Origin: Psammoneis japonica
Taxonomy: Eukaryota
DNA length: 38,180 nucleotides
NCBI GenBank assembly: GCA_008632985.1
Contig: QPGO01000368.1
Coordinates: 1-38,180, forward strand
Direction: 5' to 3'
A program made the position numbers and the translations under genes. The number at the start of each line of letters is the position of its first letter. Positions within the stretch are counted from its first letter, which is position 1. The notes beneath the pieces are model-generated. The model saw only the letters and a program-made list of their open reading frames with translations, did not search any database and was not told where the DNA came from. Of the stretch, positions 10,897 through 21,273 are shown in pieces.

Positions 10897-11466
10897 TGTC
10901 AGATGCCACACCCAGATTGCTTGCACTCCAGCTGTCATTTGTTGACAGGACATTGTTGTCAAAAGATCACATGAGAAGAGCAGGACACACAACTCCAACG
11001 GTCAAGCAGAGGTGTCAACAGAACAGCTTCAGACCTCTGTCAGATGCCACACCGAGATGGCTTGCACTCTGGCCATCATTTGTTGACAGGGCACTTTTGT
11101 CAAAAGATCACATGAGAAGAGCAGGACACACCACAACTCCAACTGTTAAGTGGAGGTGTTGACAAAACAGCTCAAGACCTCTGTCAGATGCCACACCCAG
11201 ACTGCTCTTGCACTTCAGCCATCATTTGTTGACAGGACATTCTTGTCTAAAAATCACATGAGAAGAGCATGACACACAACTCCAACTGTCAAGTGGAGGC
11301 ATTGACAGAACAGCTTCAGACCTCTGTCAGATGCCACACCCAGACTGCTTGCACTCCAGCCATCATTTGTTGACAGGACATTCTTGTCAAAAGATCACAT
11401 GAGAAGAGCAGGACACACAACTCCAACTGTCAAGTGGAGGCATTGACAGAACAGCTTCACACCTCT
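10897..11466. repeat. Tandem repeat, ~142 bp unit x4
   Basis: tgtcagatgccacac... starts at 10897, 11038, 11182 and 11325. Confidence 0.92.
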
Positions 11467-13517
11467 CAAATGCTGTGCCCCAGCAGCTTGGATTGTTTGC
11501 TTGCCATTGCTTGTTGACAGCATGTTGTTGGAAGTGTGCCTGGGAAGAGTGTGGGGTGCATGTCCAAGAAGTTCCAGGTGGAGGTTTCAAGGGGAGGGCC
11601 CTTGAGGCAGCAAAGGAGGGTCTGAATTTTGACTGCAGGTTTTGAAAGTTGCAGATTTTGGAATCATGATGTTGTGAGCAGCTTGAGACTTTGACCACTG
11701 CAGCTTTCAGATGGTGGAGCAACCTGGCCAGGTGACTTGACAAATTGTGGTTTGCCACAGGAACAAGGGCACTCAGCAACTGTGCTGTTTGACAACAGGT
11801 GATTTGTCTCAAGCAAGGCAGCCAGGCAAGCCTGAGTCACTGCTGTTTTTTTCTCTTCTTGCCATCTCTTGATTTGTGTCGCCACAACCCTTCTCAAAGT
11901 TGTCTTGATGATTGACAAAAACCAGCTCCTTGAGCACGACAAATGCAGCAACATCAAAAAACTTGTTTGGCAATGCCAGATGGTGTGAGAGACATCTGCA
12001 GCAGCTGCACATCCTCTCTCAGCTGCTCTCAACTTTGTTGCAGTCCGAGAATGTTCAGGTGGCATTGACAAGGAGACAACAAAAAAGGCTCTCCAGCACA
12101 CCCACCTCAGAAGCCCCAACTGTCAACTCCAGCTGCTCCCAGGGAAAAGACTCTCATTGGCTCAAATCAAGATTTTGTTTGAACAGGTTTGTGTCTGCGA
12201 GTGATGAGGCATTTTGGCCTGCTGACTTTGGAGAACAGCTGGAACAAAAGTGGACATGCGTGCACAGAAAACAAAGGAAGAGTTGAAGGAGGCCAATCAG
12301 GAGGGGCTCATTCTGGAGGCCAATTGCAGCAATGGGGGTGGCAATCAAGCAAAAAAGAAGGAATCAGAGGGTTGGAACACAAGAAAGGACCAGACAGGGC
12401 AAAAATTGGGAAAACGGATTTCAGGAGCAGAGATTGAGCAAGGACACTGACAAGTTCAATGAAGTTTGGTCAAAGGAGCCCTGGGTGCACATGGACAAGA
12501 CAGAAGAGTCCCAAGAAAATGATGGCAAACAGTTGCAAGCAGGCAACAATGTCAAGGATGACATGATCAAAAACCATGGATTTGTGGCTCCCGGAGACAC
12601 AACAACAAGCAGCCATTTAAATTGACATTTGGCGACAATTTGCAAAAATGAAAATGCAAAATCAACAGCAGACTGGGTGGATTGAAAAGGAAATGAAAAA
12701 ACTGTGGATGTGTTGGAGGGCACATAAAAAATGCAACTCAGCACCAGAAACATTCATGCAGCGGAACCTGCACATTTTCATCGAAATGCCCGAATTGTCA
12801 GCGGGGCACCCAAATTGTCAAAACAAAGAATGCCAGTGTGGCTCCCCCATTGAATGCAATGGAACCCCAAATGCAATGAACCCAAGATCTGCGCACAAAT
12901 TGAAAGATGAACCAACATTGATCAAGGCAATTGCCCCCTTTCGGGCAAATTGTTTCTCCCTCTGATGTCTTTTGTGCGGCCAGCCAGCGCTCCTGCGGCC
13001 AAACTCAAAGCTGGGCGTTGCATGCACTGCTCCAAGAAGCAGATCTGTTTTGGGTTACAAAGCCAGGCAAGTCAAACTCCAGCTTGTTCTCTCCTCCTTT
13101 GTGTGTGCTTCTTGTTCGTTTTTCAAAAGTGGCGAGTGTGTGCTCCTCATGTCTCTGCTTTTCCTCCCCAGCTGATCATTTTTTCAGAAGTTTTCAAATT
13201 TTTGACCCAAACAAGGGAGTTAGTTGGTGGCTCTTGTCAATCAGAACTCCAAAGTCCTTCTGCAAATCCCAAAGAGTTGTCTTGTCTCCTGGAGCTGTGG
13301 AGCGCATCTCACCCTGATCGTGTTGGTGGTGGTTTGTCTCGGAAGTGGAGCGGCCCACTTGGACAGCGAGAGACAGCCGTCCCATTCACCGCCCCGCCCC
13401 CACTCCCGGCTTGGGAGGTCCCCCGGCCCGAGCCCCGCGAGACGCGAGAGCGAGGAGGAGAGTCCTGTCTTCTGCCTGCCTGGAGGGAGCAGGAGTCTGC
13501 AAGCAAACGACAGCACC

Positions 13518-15383
13518 ATGAGAAAGAACGACAATGCAAGGAGTAAAATACAAATAAAGATGGCTCTGTTGGTTGTGTGCCCTCTTTTTCCCCCTGTCGG
13601 TAGCATATGGCCATCGCTCGAGCCTGCTGGTTCCTTCCCTCCCATCATCTCTGCCTCGGCTTTTGTGCTTCCAATGAACGGGGATGTCGTGGCAACAAGA
13701 ACGCAGATTCAAAAGAACCACAAGTTCAGACGTTGTCCTCGACAGCAACAACCATCAAGAGTTCTTGTTGGGAATGGTGATAATTTACTTCCAAGCGAAT
13801 CGACAAAGTTCGTGCACACAGAAGACGATGCTCCGGAAGAACAGGAACGCTACTGGGGAGAGGAGGACGAGGCTCGAATTGCTCAAGACGTGATGAAGAT
13901 GCTACTACCTATGAATGAGACTCTAGATGACCCCACTGATCTACCAGCAAACAACATCACTCTGGACAATATAGAAATGCTGACCGAATCTTCCAACATT
14001 GCTTATTTTTATCTCCAGAACGAGATTGGGTTGTCGGAAACTGCAATGTGGAAGATTACCTTTGAATCGGGATCTGTTTTGGGAATGACTGCAACCAACT
14101 TAAGACATAAGGTAGAGCTTCTGCGAAGGACTATGGACTTGACGGATGAAGATATCCGCACGATAATTGAAAAGCTGCCCGCCATTCTTCATTTGAGTGC
14201 CGACAAGAACATCGCTCCTACGATTCTATTCTATGTGCGTGCGCTGGACATGAGCAAGGAGGACTTGAGAACAATTGTTGTGCAGTTTCCAGCTGTTCTC
14301 ACCTATTCCATGGCTAACCTCAAGAATAAGCTGAACTTCTTTACAAAGTTGTTGCTTTTCACGCCAGATGAATTGCGGACGCTCGTCCTGAACGAACCAA
14401 AGCTTCTTACTGCGGGGGTTTCTACTGGCCTCATGCCACGTATCCAGTTCCTTCTCAGAGAGATGCAGATTCCTGTGGAAAAGATTCGAATCATAGTGCA
14501 AAAGAATCCAAGGATACTGCTTTACAGCTTGGACGAGAACTTGAGACCCAAGCTCATTTTTTATTTTATCTTGACGTTGCACATGGAACCGCACCACGTT
14601 CAACGGGTGCTGGTCAGATATCCTCAAATTATTGACTACAATCTCGAAAACCACATTCTTCCAATCACACGATACTTTGTTTCCTTCGTCGAGTTCAGTC
14701 CTCTTGAAGTACGCAATATTCTCCTTAAATTTCCACGGCTGGTGACCCACTCGCTCAACAAGATTAAACACGTGGTTGGATATCTACGATACGAACTGGG
14801 AATGAAACCAGAGCAAATCAAGAGAGTCCTTTACCAAGCACCACAAATCATCGGCCTCAATACGGACGTCAATCTGAAGAGCAAGGTCGAATTCTTGCGT
14901 GATGCATTAGATTTGACAGACGAAGAGCTTCGACGGACTTTGTCCGGCATGCCCACCCTCCTTATATGTGGAATTGATTCCAACCTGCATCCAAAAATTG
15001 AATATCTAAAGGAGAAGTTTGACGGCGATCTAAGTGAGCTACGAGACGCAGTTTTGACTTTGCCAACGCTGTTGGGGTATTCACTCGACAAACGCATTCG
15101 GCCACGAATGGAGCAGTTGCTTGAAGCCGGCTGTAATCCAAGTGGAATCACCATTGGGATTCCCATGAAGGAAGAAAAGTTCGACACGTGGCTTAGAAAG
15201 AGAAAGCTCCGTCTGGAAAGTAATCCGGGCTTTGACAACGCCAAGAAGAAGAAGAAGCACCCGTTTGACAATCGCTCTGGATCCATTACACCTCCACTTA
15301 TTGAGGAAAAGAGACCGACAGGAAATGAGCGAGAAGGCCGAGTTGTGAATTGGACACGGAAGGTACGGAGCCCAACCGATTAG
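13518..15383 (+). CDS. mTERF-repeat protein, probably plastid-targeted
   Basis: Tandem mTERF repeats (P.iL.yS.e.nl.Pk..f). Start at 13518 (MRKND) or 13560 (MALLVV), followed by an ISASAFVLP motif matching the diatom ASAF plastid cleavage consensus. Confidence 0.88.
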   Translation: MRKNDNARSKIQIKMALLVVCPLFPPVGSIWPSLEPAGSFPPIISASAFVLPMNGDVVATRTQIQKNHKFRRCPRQQQPSRVLVGNGDNLLPSESTKFVHTEDDAPEEQERYWGEEDEARIAQDVMKMLLPMNETLDDPTDLPANNITLDNIEMLTESSNIAYFYLQNEIGLSETAMWKITFESGSVLGMTATNLRHKVELLRRTMDLTDEDIRTIIEKLPAILHLSADKNIAPTILFYVRALDMSKEDLRTIVVQFPAVLTYSMANLKNKLNFFTKLLLFTPDELRTLVLNEPKLLTAGVSTGLMPRIQFLLREMQIPVEKIRIIVQKNPRILLYSLDENLRPKLIFYFILTLHMEPHHVQRVLVRYPQIIDYNLENHILPITRYFVSFVEFSPLEVRNILLKFPRLVTHSLNKIKHVVGYLRYELGMKPEQIKRVLYQAPQIIGLNTDVNLKSKVEFLRDALDLTDEELRRTLSGMPTLLICGIDSNLHPKIEYLKEKFDGDLSELRDAVLTLPTLLGYSLDKRIRPRMEQLLEAGCNPSGITIGIPMKEEKFDTWLRKRKLRLESNPGFDNAKKKKKHPFDNRSGSITPPLIEEKRPTGNEREGRVVNWTRKVRSPTD

Positions 15384-15442
15384 GATTACACTGAGTTTCA
15401 ATTCAATACATACCATAGAATCACGATAACATGTCAAACAAT

Positions 15443-15971
15443 TCATTTTGTTTTCCCTCGTTTCGTCATGATTGCTATCAGATCTTTTAACGTTTGATCG
15501 CGAACGTGTTGCGGTACCAGAGATGGTCCCTGCTCCAAAAGCTCAGCGCTCATTTCGTCAACAGTAACATCGATTATACCTCGATCTCTCGCTACAGTTA
15601 TCGCCAAGTCTGTCATTTCATCACGCCACCCACATTGAACTAGTCTCGCTGCCAAACGGTTTTTCAGTCTACATTCGGGAAAAAAGAGAACCTCATAAGG
15701 TACAAATTATAGTTAAGAAAATGGACGGTTCACGAATTCAGACTCACTCATCTATTTCCCCAGAGTGACGCAGACGGTCCATCAATTCAGCCTTCATGAG
15801 CTCTTCTTTTTGAGGCAAGCGCTTATCCAGGCGCTGCACCTTATCCTCGCTAAAACACGGACGGGAAGGGGGTATGAGGTATTTGGAGAACCACTCACAA
15901 CATTAACGAGAGCAAACATTGTGCAAGCTGAAAGGATATCTTAATTCATCTCACCTGTTTTTCACCGTCAT
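15443..15971 (-). CDS. ENY2: Transcription and mRNA export factor ENY2/Sus1 (3 exons: 15971-15955, 15849-15748, 15668-15443)
   Basis: Spliced with two GT..AG introns: MTVKNSEDKV...LMDRLRHSGEIDELKNRLAARLVQCGWRDEM...VTVDEMSAELLEQGPSLVPQHVRDQTLKDL. The SGE...L..RL..CGWRDE and VP signatures match ENY2. Confidence 0.88.
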
Positions 15972-16393
15972 TGTCAAAGCGTCAAAGCGCTGTTTGCTGT
16001 GAGCTGCGGGCGGGGATACGAGCCATTTTCGCGCTTTGTCGCGTGATGGCGTGCGGGCGGGCGGACGTCCCCTTTTGCATACGTCATACCGGTACTACCA
16101 TACAATATGATATAAAACTTCTCAGATCTGATGGTTTGGATTGAACCATGAATGACCACGTTGATGAACTTCAACATGAGACGCTCTTGTTTCTCGTGCC
16201 ACGCACACTTCTTTTCTGCTGTTCCCGCCCACTCCATTCATTCACTGCCAATGTGGATTCCGCGTTGCGTTCCATAGACCTGATCGCCTCACTTGCAATT
16301 TCAGGCAGCGTTTGTCGCTCCAATAATTTCGATAGCAGAGACTAATCGAAAACTCTGATTCTCGCGCGAGCATTGGAAGGTGATTGAAAAAGA

Positions 16394-18434
16394 ATGGTGA
16401 GTTCAAAAGCTGCCTTGTCACCGTGCCCAAGTCGTCCTTTCGAAATTGTGACCGAGTTCTTCTCACATGTCGAAATCCGTTTCATAGAGTTTTCTTGCTC
16501 GTCGAGTCTTCGCGGGTACAAAGATCGCAGCCATACGAGCGAGGCAACTTAGTTCCGCTTCAGGCTCCGGAGGTACAAGCGATTATGCAACGTTGCTGAA
16601 GACAGGGCTCGCAACGAGCTTGGTCGCAACATCGTTGTTTGCGTATTATGGAAGTCAGGTGGACAGCGTCGGAGGCATAACAACGGACGATTCAACTTCT
16701 TTCCAAGTAATGGCTGCTTTGGAGATGAAAGACGAGGTACAAAAAGTAAGGCTGGCTCAGATACTTCACGAACTACATGAGATTGCGAGAGAGCAAGGGC
16801 AGGGGCTTCAGCGACGCAGCACGGTCAAATGGATGATAAATGCTTCTAGCAAAGCCCTTTTTGCCGGAAAAGAACCTCCTGTTGCTACGGACGGTTTGAT
16901 GTCGTTAAAGAAGGTGAAGCTTTCAAATTTGACTCCGCAGAAAGCTCAGACGCTGATAGATGCGTTGCTCGACGGTGGAAGGTTCGAAAGTGACAGCTTG
17001 CAACAGCTTTTGAGTGCCACAGAAACGATGTTAAAGAAAGACCCAACGCTTATTGACCTGTGTGGAGTACCAAATAAAGTTGCGGTAGTTGGGGACTTGC
17101 ATGGCAGTCTCAACTCACTCTCTAATGTTCTGGAGATGCTTGGCGACATCGGAGGCATTGGAGGTCGTCATGGAAACAAAGTAGTCTTCGATGGAGATTT
17201 TGTCGACAGAGGTGCTGAGAGTCTCGAGGTGCTTTGCATCCTACTCCTTTTGAAACTCGCTTATCCCAATGATGTGTATCTTTTGAGGGGCAACCATGAG
17301 GATGTGCTTGTCTCCGCTGCTTACGGTTTTCAGGAGGAAGTCCTCAAGAAGTATGGCAAAGACGCCTCTGTGATCATTTGGGAAAAGTTTAGCCACGTCT
17401 TTTCTGCTCTCCCGGTGTGTGCGGTATCAGACACTGCTGCCATTCTGCACGGGGGGATCCCATCCAAGGACTTCAAGCTAAGTGATTTGGAGGTCATTGA
17501 TAGCGACAGAAGATGCAAGATTAGAACGACCGTCGAGACAAAAGACGAGGTCGATGAAATGGTGAGAAATATCTTGTGGAGTGACCCAACGACTAAGACG
17601 GGCATCCACCACAACACGACCAGAAGTGTGGGTGTTCAGTTTGGCCCTGATGTTGCGAACGATTTTTTGAAACGGCATAATCTCAAGTATCTTATTCGCG
17701 CTCATGAAGTTGTCGAGGATGGAACCAGTGTCCTTGACTGTGGCGATGGACGATCCGTCATCACGGTGTTTTCCCATGCGGCCTACCCAAACGGCAAAGG
17801 TACCAATCTGGGTGCTATCGTTCAACTAGATAAGGATGGAGGTTGTGAAACGACGGAGTTCTCAAGTGAAGCGCCGCATCATCACGAAGGACAAGAGAAT
17901 CACGACCCTTTTGTCGAAGCTCTTCACTCACTTATTGCGAAGAACAAAAACAAGTTGGAACAGAGCTTTCGGGCAGCAGCAAAGGATAAGAAAAAAGATT
18001 ACGTCACAGCGTCACAGTGGGAACACATCATGGCAGAGGTTTTGGAACTCCCAGATGCCCCGTGGCCTGTCTTGCGTACATCCTTGGCTCCTGGCGGATG
18101 CAAACCGGGGGCAGACCGAATCAACTGGCGGGACTTCCTTTCGATGTATTCTTCCCCCGCAGACAACACCAAGGATTGCTCTGTGGATAGTGTCAACCTT
18201 GAAATCCTGCATGCTAACCATGAGATGCTCGTCACTGTGTACAAGTTCTTGGACGTGGATGGCAATGGTACTTTGGATCTTAGTGAGTTTAAAATGGGCA
18301 TTGAACTCTTGAACAAGCGGTTACCCGAAGATATGAAGCTTGGCGACCCTGAAGCGCTTTTCCGTGCAATTGACAAAGATGGCAATGGTACCATCGACGT
18401 TCAAGAATTTGAGAACGCGTTTAGTGTGATGTAA
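16394..18434 (+). CDS. PPP-family Ser/Thr phosphatase with C-terminal EF-hands (PPEF/rdgC-like); exon 1 = ATG only (16394-16396), exon 2 16488-18434
   Basis: GDLHG, GDFVDRG, RGNHE, HGG, LWSDP and RAHE motifs; EF-hands DVDGNGTLDLSEF and DKDGNGTIDVQEF. ATG|GTGAGT at 16394 and ttcatag acceptor at 16487 give an in-frame MSFLARRVFAGTKIAAIRARQLSS N-terminus. Confidence 0.88.
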
Positions 18435-18680
18435 AGTACTCTATTTCAGAGGGTAGGCCAAGATGACACATGGAACGCAAACATGTGATCTTCATCTTAG
18501 AGTACGCTAAGGAGAAAAAGTAGGAGCTTGAAATGCTAGCAATTTGCCGTGCTGCAGCAACCTTTGCAGGATAGAAGTAGCAGCAGTTATCGCTACTCTA
18601 GATTTTCTTGTCCATATTAGTGAAGGAAGAAATTGATACGACTCTAGACGATGGCATCCAGCACTACCGACATCAAAAAA

Positions 18681-18820
18681 CTAGAGAGGCCCTACCGGTA
18701 CCTACTCTAGCTAGTAGCTACAGTAGAGTTACTAGAGTAGAGTAGAGACTCTCTACCCTCTCTCTAGTAGAGAATGAGCTAGTAGGTCCTGCTAGTAGCT
18801 AGAGTAGAGAGAGAGAGAGC
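18681..18820. repeat. TAG/CTA-rich low-complexity intergenic tract
   Basis: ctagctagtagctacagtagagttactagagtagagtagag...; about 22 TA in 130 bp. Confidence 0.75.
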
Positions 18821-18994
18821 GAGTTTGTATTCGTTGTCAGTTGTGAGGACTGCAAGGACGTTCTGTCCGCCAGTCCGCGAGAGACGAGCGATTTTTCTTT
18901 TTATTTCGCATGCCCGGCGCCCGGCGGCAGTTGACGATGACAGCGATCGCCGCTTGACGACTTTTTATGGAGCCCATTATGCGTTTGCAGTACA

Positions 18995-20673
18995 ATGAAC
19001 GGGGGTCAATCGGAACCACATGTTGCTAGACATGGAGCAGAATTGAACGATACCAATTCAAGTCCCGAGGTAGAAGTTGTACTTTCACGCCCTGCATATC
19101 GTCTCGGAGGTACCGTTGTAGGTACAATTCGTCTGGTTGCGAGTAGCAATACTACCTCCCCGCGATCATTTTACAAGTCAGCTCAAGTGTACGTCGCAGG
19201 TCGATGTCGTGTTGATAAACGTTGGCACGATGCAAAACGATACAAAGAGTTGTACGGATCCCACCCGCTGTTAGACTCTGTAATGGACAAGCGAGTCGAG
19301 GAACGCGTTGCACAGACACTCGAGGAATCGACCGGTAGGGATGGAAGCACAGTATGTTTCTGGGCTACAAATGTAGTAAATCTCTTAGAACTAGAAGAAC
19401 GACAGGCTGGGCGATGGGAAGACGTCAAGCCGCAACCTCTGAGGACGAGCGGATCCTCTTGGGAGAAACCTTCTCATATTGGCTCTCGGGCTTCTCACCT
19501 TGCGGAGAATGGGTCGGCACCACATGAGCTCATGTCAGAGGCAAGAACACAAGGATCCGAGGAAAAGTGGTGTGCAAATAGCATAAACGATGATCCACTA
19601 GCCAAACGACAGCTTGCCTTTACGTTTCGAGTTGACCTACCGTTGGATCTTGCACCAACCACAACAGCAACTTCCTGTAGATACATGTACTCAGCAGTGG
19701 TGTGTGCCAAAACTTCAGAGGGAGAGGTGAGATACTTTCCTTCGCATTGAGTTTTGGTCTATTGTGTTTCATACTGACTAATGACACATCGCTTGACTTG
19801 CAGCTCTTTGTGGTGCAGGCTCCATATATCGTTATGTCTCCGCTAGCTGGAGGCAAAGCAAACACGTCGTCGCCGGCGCCAACTGTTAGACTACGAGTGG
19901 GAACATGCATTGCAATGGCGCATTCAATGGGTCTACCATGTCACGTCTCAGCAACGGAATTAAATCAACCTTCGGGCCAAATTACTGTGAACCGTCACGT
20001 TGGGTTGCTCTCGGCCTCCCGTGATTGTCAAACGATGCGAGTAGCTGATGGAGACGGTACACTATGCTGTGTCCTGACCGCTATGGGCTCTTCCGTTGTC
20101 TACCCAGGTGGTCGAATACTTCTCCAGTTTGATTTTCCTCGACACAGAGATGATGGGGTCAAAGACAATAGTCTCGACTCGTCGTTTCTTCCGTGTGCCC
20201 AGGTCAGCGCTTGCTTTGAAGGAGAAGAATTTGTTGTTAACGAAGATGGGACAAGAAACAGAGCGAGATCGTATTTCTTGGGCGGAACTTACGAGGTTGT
20301 CGAATCTGGATACACAGATAAAGCGACGTTAAGCCTCTGTCTTCCGCTTGATTGTCCATTCACTGTCCAGACAGAGCTACTCAAAATTGATGTCAGGTGT
20401 AAGGTAGAAATTACCGTGACATTGCCAGATACCAAAGGATACAGCATTCTCCGACTTGATCTACCTTGTCAGGTCGTACCAAGTCCAACGGCCGACGAAA
20501 TGAGGGACGACGAGGAAGACGATTTGTCCCAAATGACTAGCCTAGAAGAGCTGATACGTGGACCGAGTGAAACACAAAGCGATTCTCGGGCACCGCACAC
20601 ATTCAGATCGAGTGACATAATGAGTGACTTGAAAGTGCTTTCAACACTAATGATTGACGACTCTGGACTATGA
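18995..20673 (+). CDS. Rgp1-like / arrestin-fold protein (intron 19727-19803)
   Basis: Two ORFs joined in frame by a GTGAGA..CAG intron. VEVVLSRPAYRLGGTVVGTI and FTFRVDLPLDLAPT...RYMY blocks, plus C-terminal LPLDCPFTVQTELLKIDVR, are typical of Rgp1/arrestin-like proteins. Confidence 0.6.
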
Positions 20674-20724
20674 GAGGAAGGTTCCGTAAATGCTTGTAAT
20701 ACAAGAATAATGTGCTACAAAATT

Positions 20725-21273
20725 TCAATTCGAGTACGCCGCCAGGCCAGGGACAGTAAACTTGTAAGGCACGCCCATCTTTTTCACACTTTTGACCACA
20801 AATGCGGGACTGCTCCAGCCATCGTGTTGTTCGATCGGATAGCCCTCACCAATCCTAATTCTTTCAGTTTTCCCGTCCTCCGAAGGCTTAAAACTTGCAT
20901 ACGCCGCGTCTCCATCTGGAGCGAGGAATTCAACGAAAGATACTTCTCCTTTGTCCATTCTTTCCAAAAACTCCTTATAAGGAATGGAAGGTTCGTTCAG
21001 CTCTGAAGCATCAAGTCCTCCGTATTCACCACCACGGTAGTTGTAAATGAGTCCATTGAACGGTGTGACCTTCACTCCACCTCGGGTCCCATCGTCGTAT
21101 TCAGCACGCGCTGCTTCAGACGAGAACGCGGTCGACAATCCGGCAGCACCAGCCAACGTCTTGAAAATCGCAGACCTGCGCGATACTGGTCTTGTTCCCG
21201 AAGGAGCCAGCGCATTGGACTTTTCGCCTCCAACCACGGCGAACAAGAAAATATATTTTACAGAGACTTTCAT
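20725..21273 (-). CDS. Putative thylakoid-lumen protein with FtsH-extracellular-like segment
   Basis: Signal peptide, then SRRSAI...hydrophobic...AARA (twin-arginine signal with AxA site). Mature part contains IPYKEFLERMDKGEVSFVEF. Confidence 0.65.
   Translation of the reverse strand: MKVSVKYIFLFAVVGGEKSNALAPSGTRPVSRRSAIFKTLAGAAGLSTAFSSEAARAEYDDGTRGGVKVTPFNGLIYNYRGGEYGGLDASELNEPSIPYKEFLERMDKGEVSFVEFLAPDGDAAYASFKPSEDGKTERIRIGEGYPIEQHDGWSSPAFVVKSVKKMGVPYKFTVPGLAAYSN

Larger units (their letters stand above)
3541..13260. other. Heavily decayed repeat-derived block, nearly devoid of TpA and CpG
   Basis: About 37 TA in 9.7 kb by manual tally; 7021-7620 has 0 TA and 0 CG. Contains several internal tandem repeats and no recognisable intact gene. 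Edges are graded (~3300-3550 and ~13260-13320). Confidence 0.85.

Noticed and set aside
9936..11466. CRISPR-like array
   Set aside because: Units are contiguous degenerate tandem repeats with no unique spacers, there are no cas genes, and the context is eukaryotic.
3541..13260. Classical fungal RIP or plain CpG deamination as the full explanation
   Set aside because: RIP raises TpA and lowers CpA/TpG, the opposite of what is seen; CpG deamination cannot remove TpA.
13224..13517. N-terminal extension of mTERF given in the ORF track
   Set aside because: Begins at a non-ATG codon in decayed/GC-rich DNA upstream of the plausible presequence; explained by local lack of stop codons.
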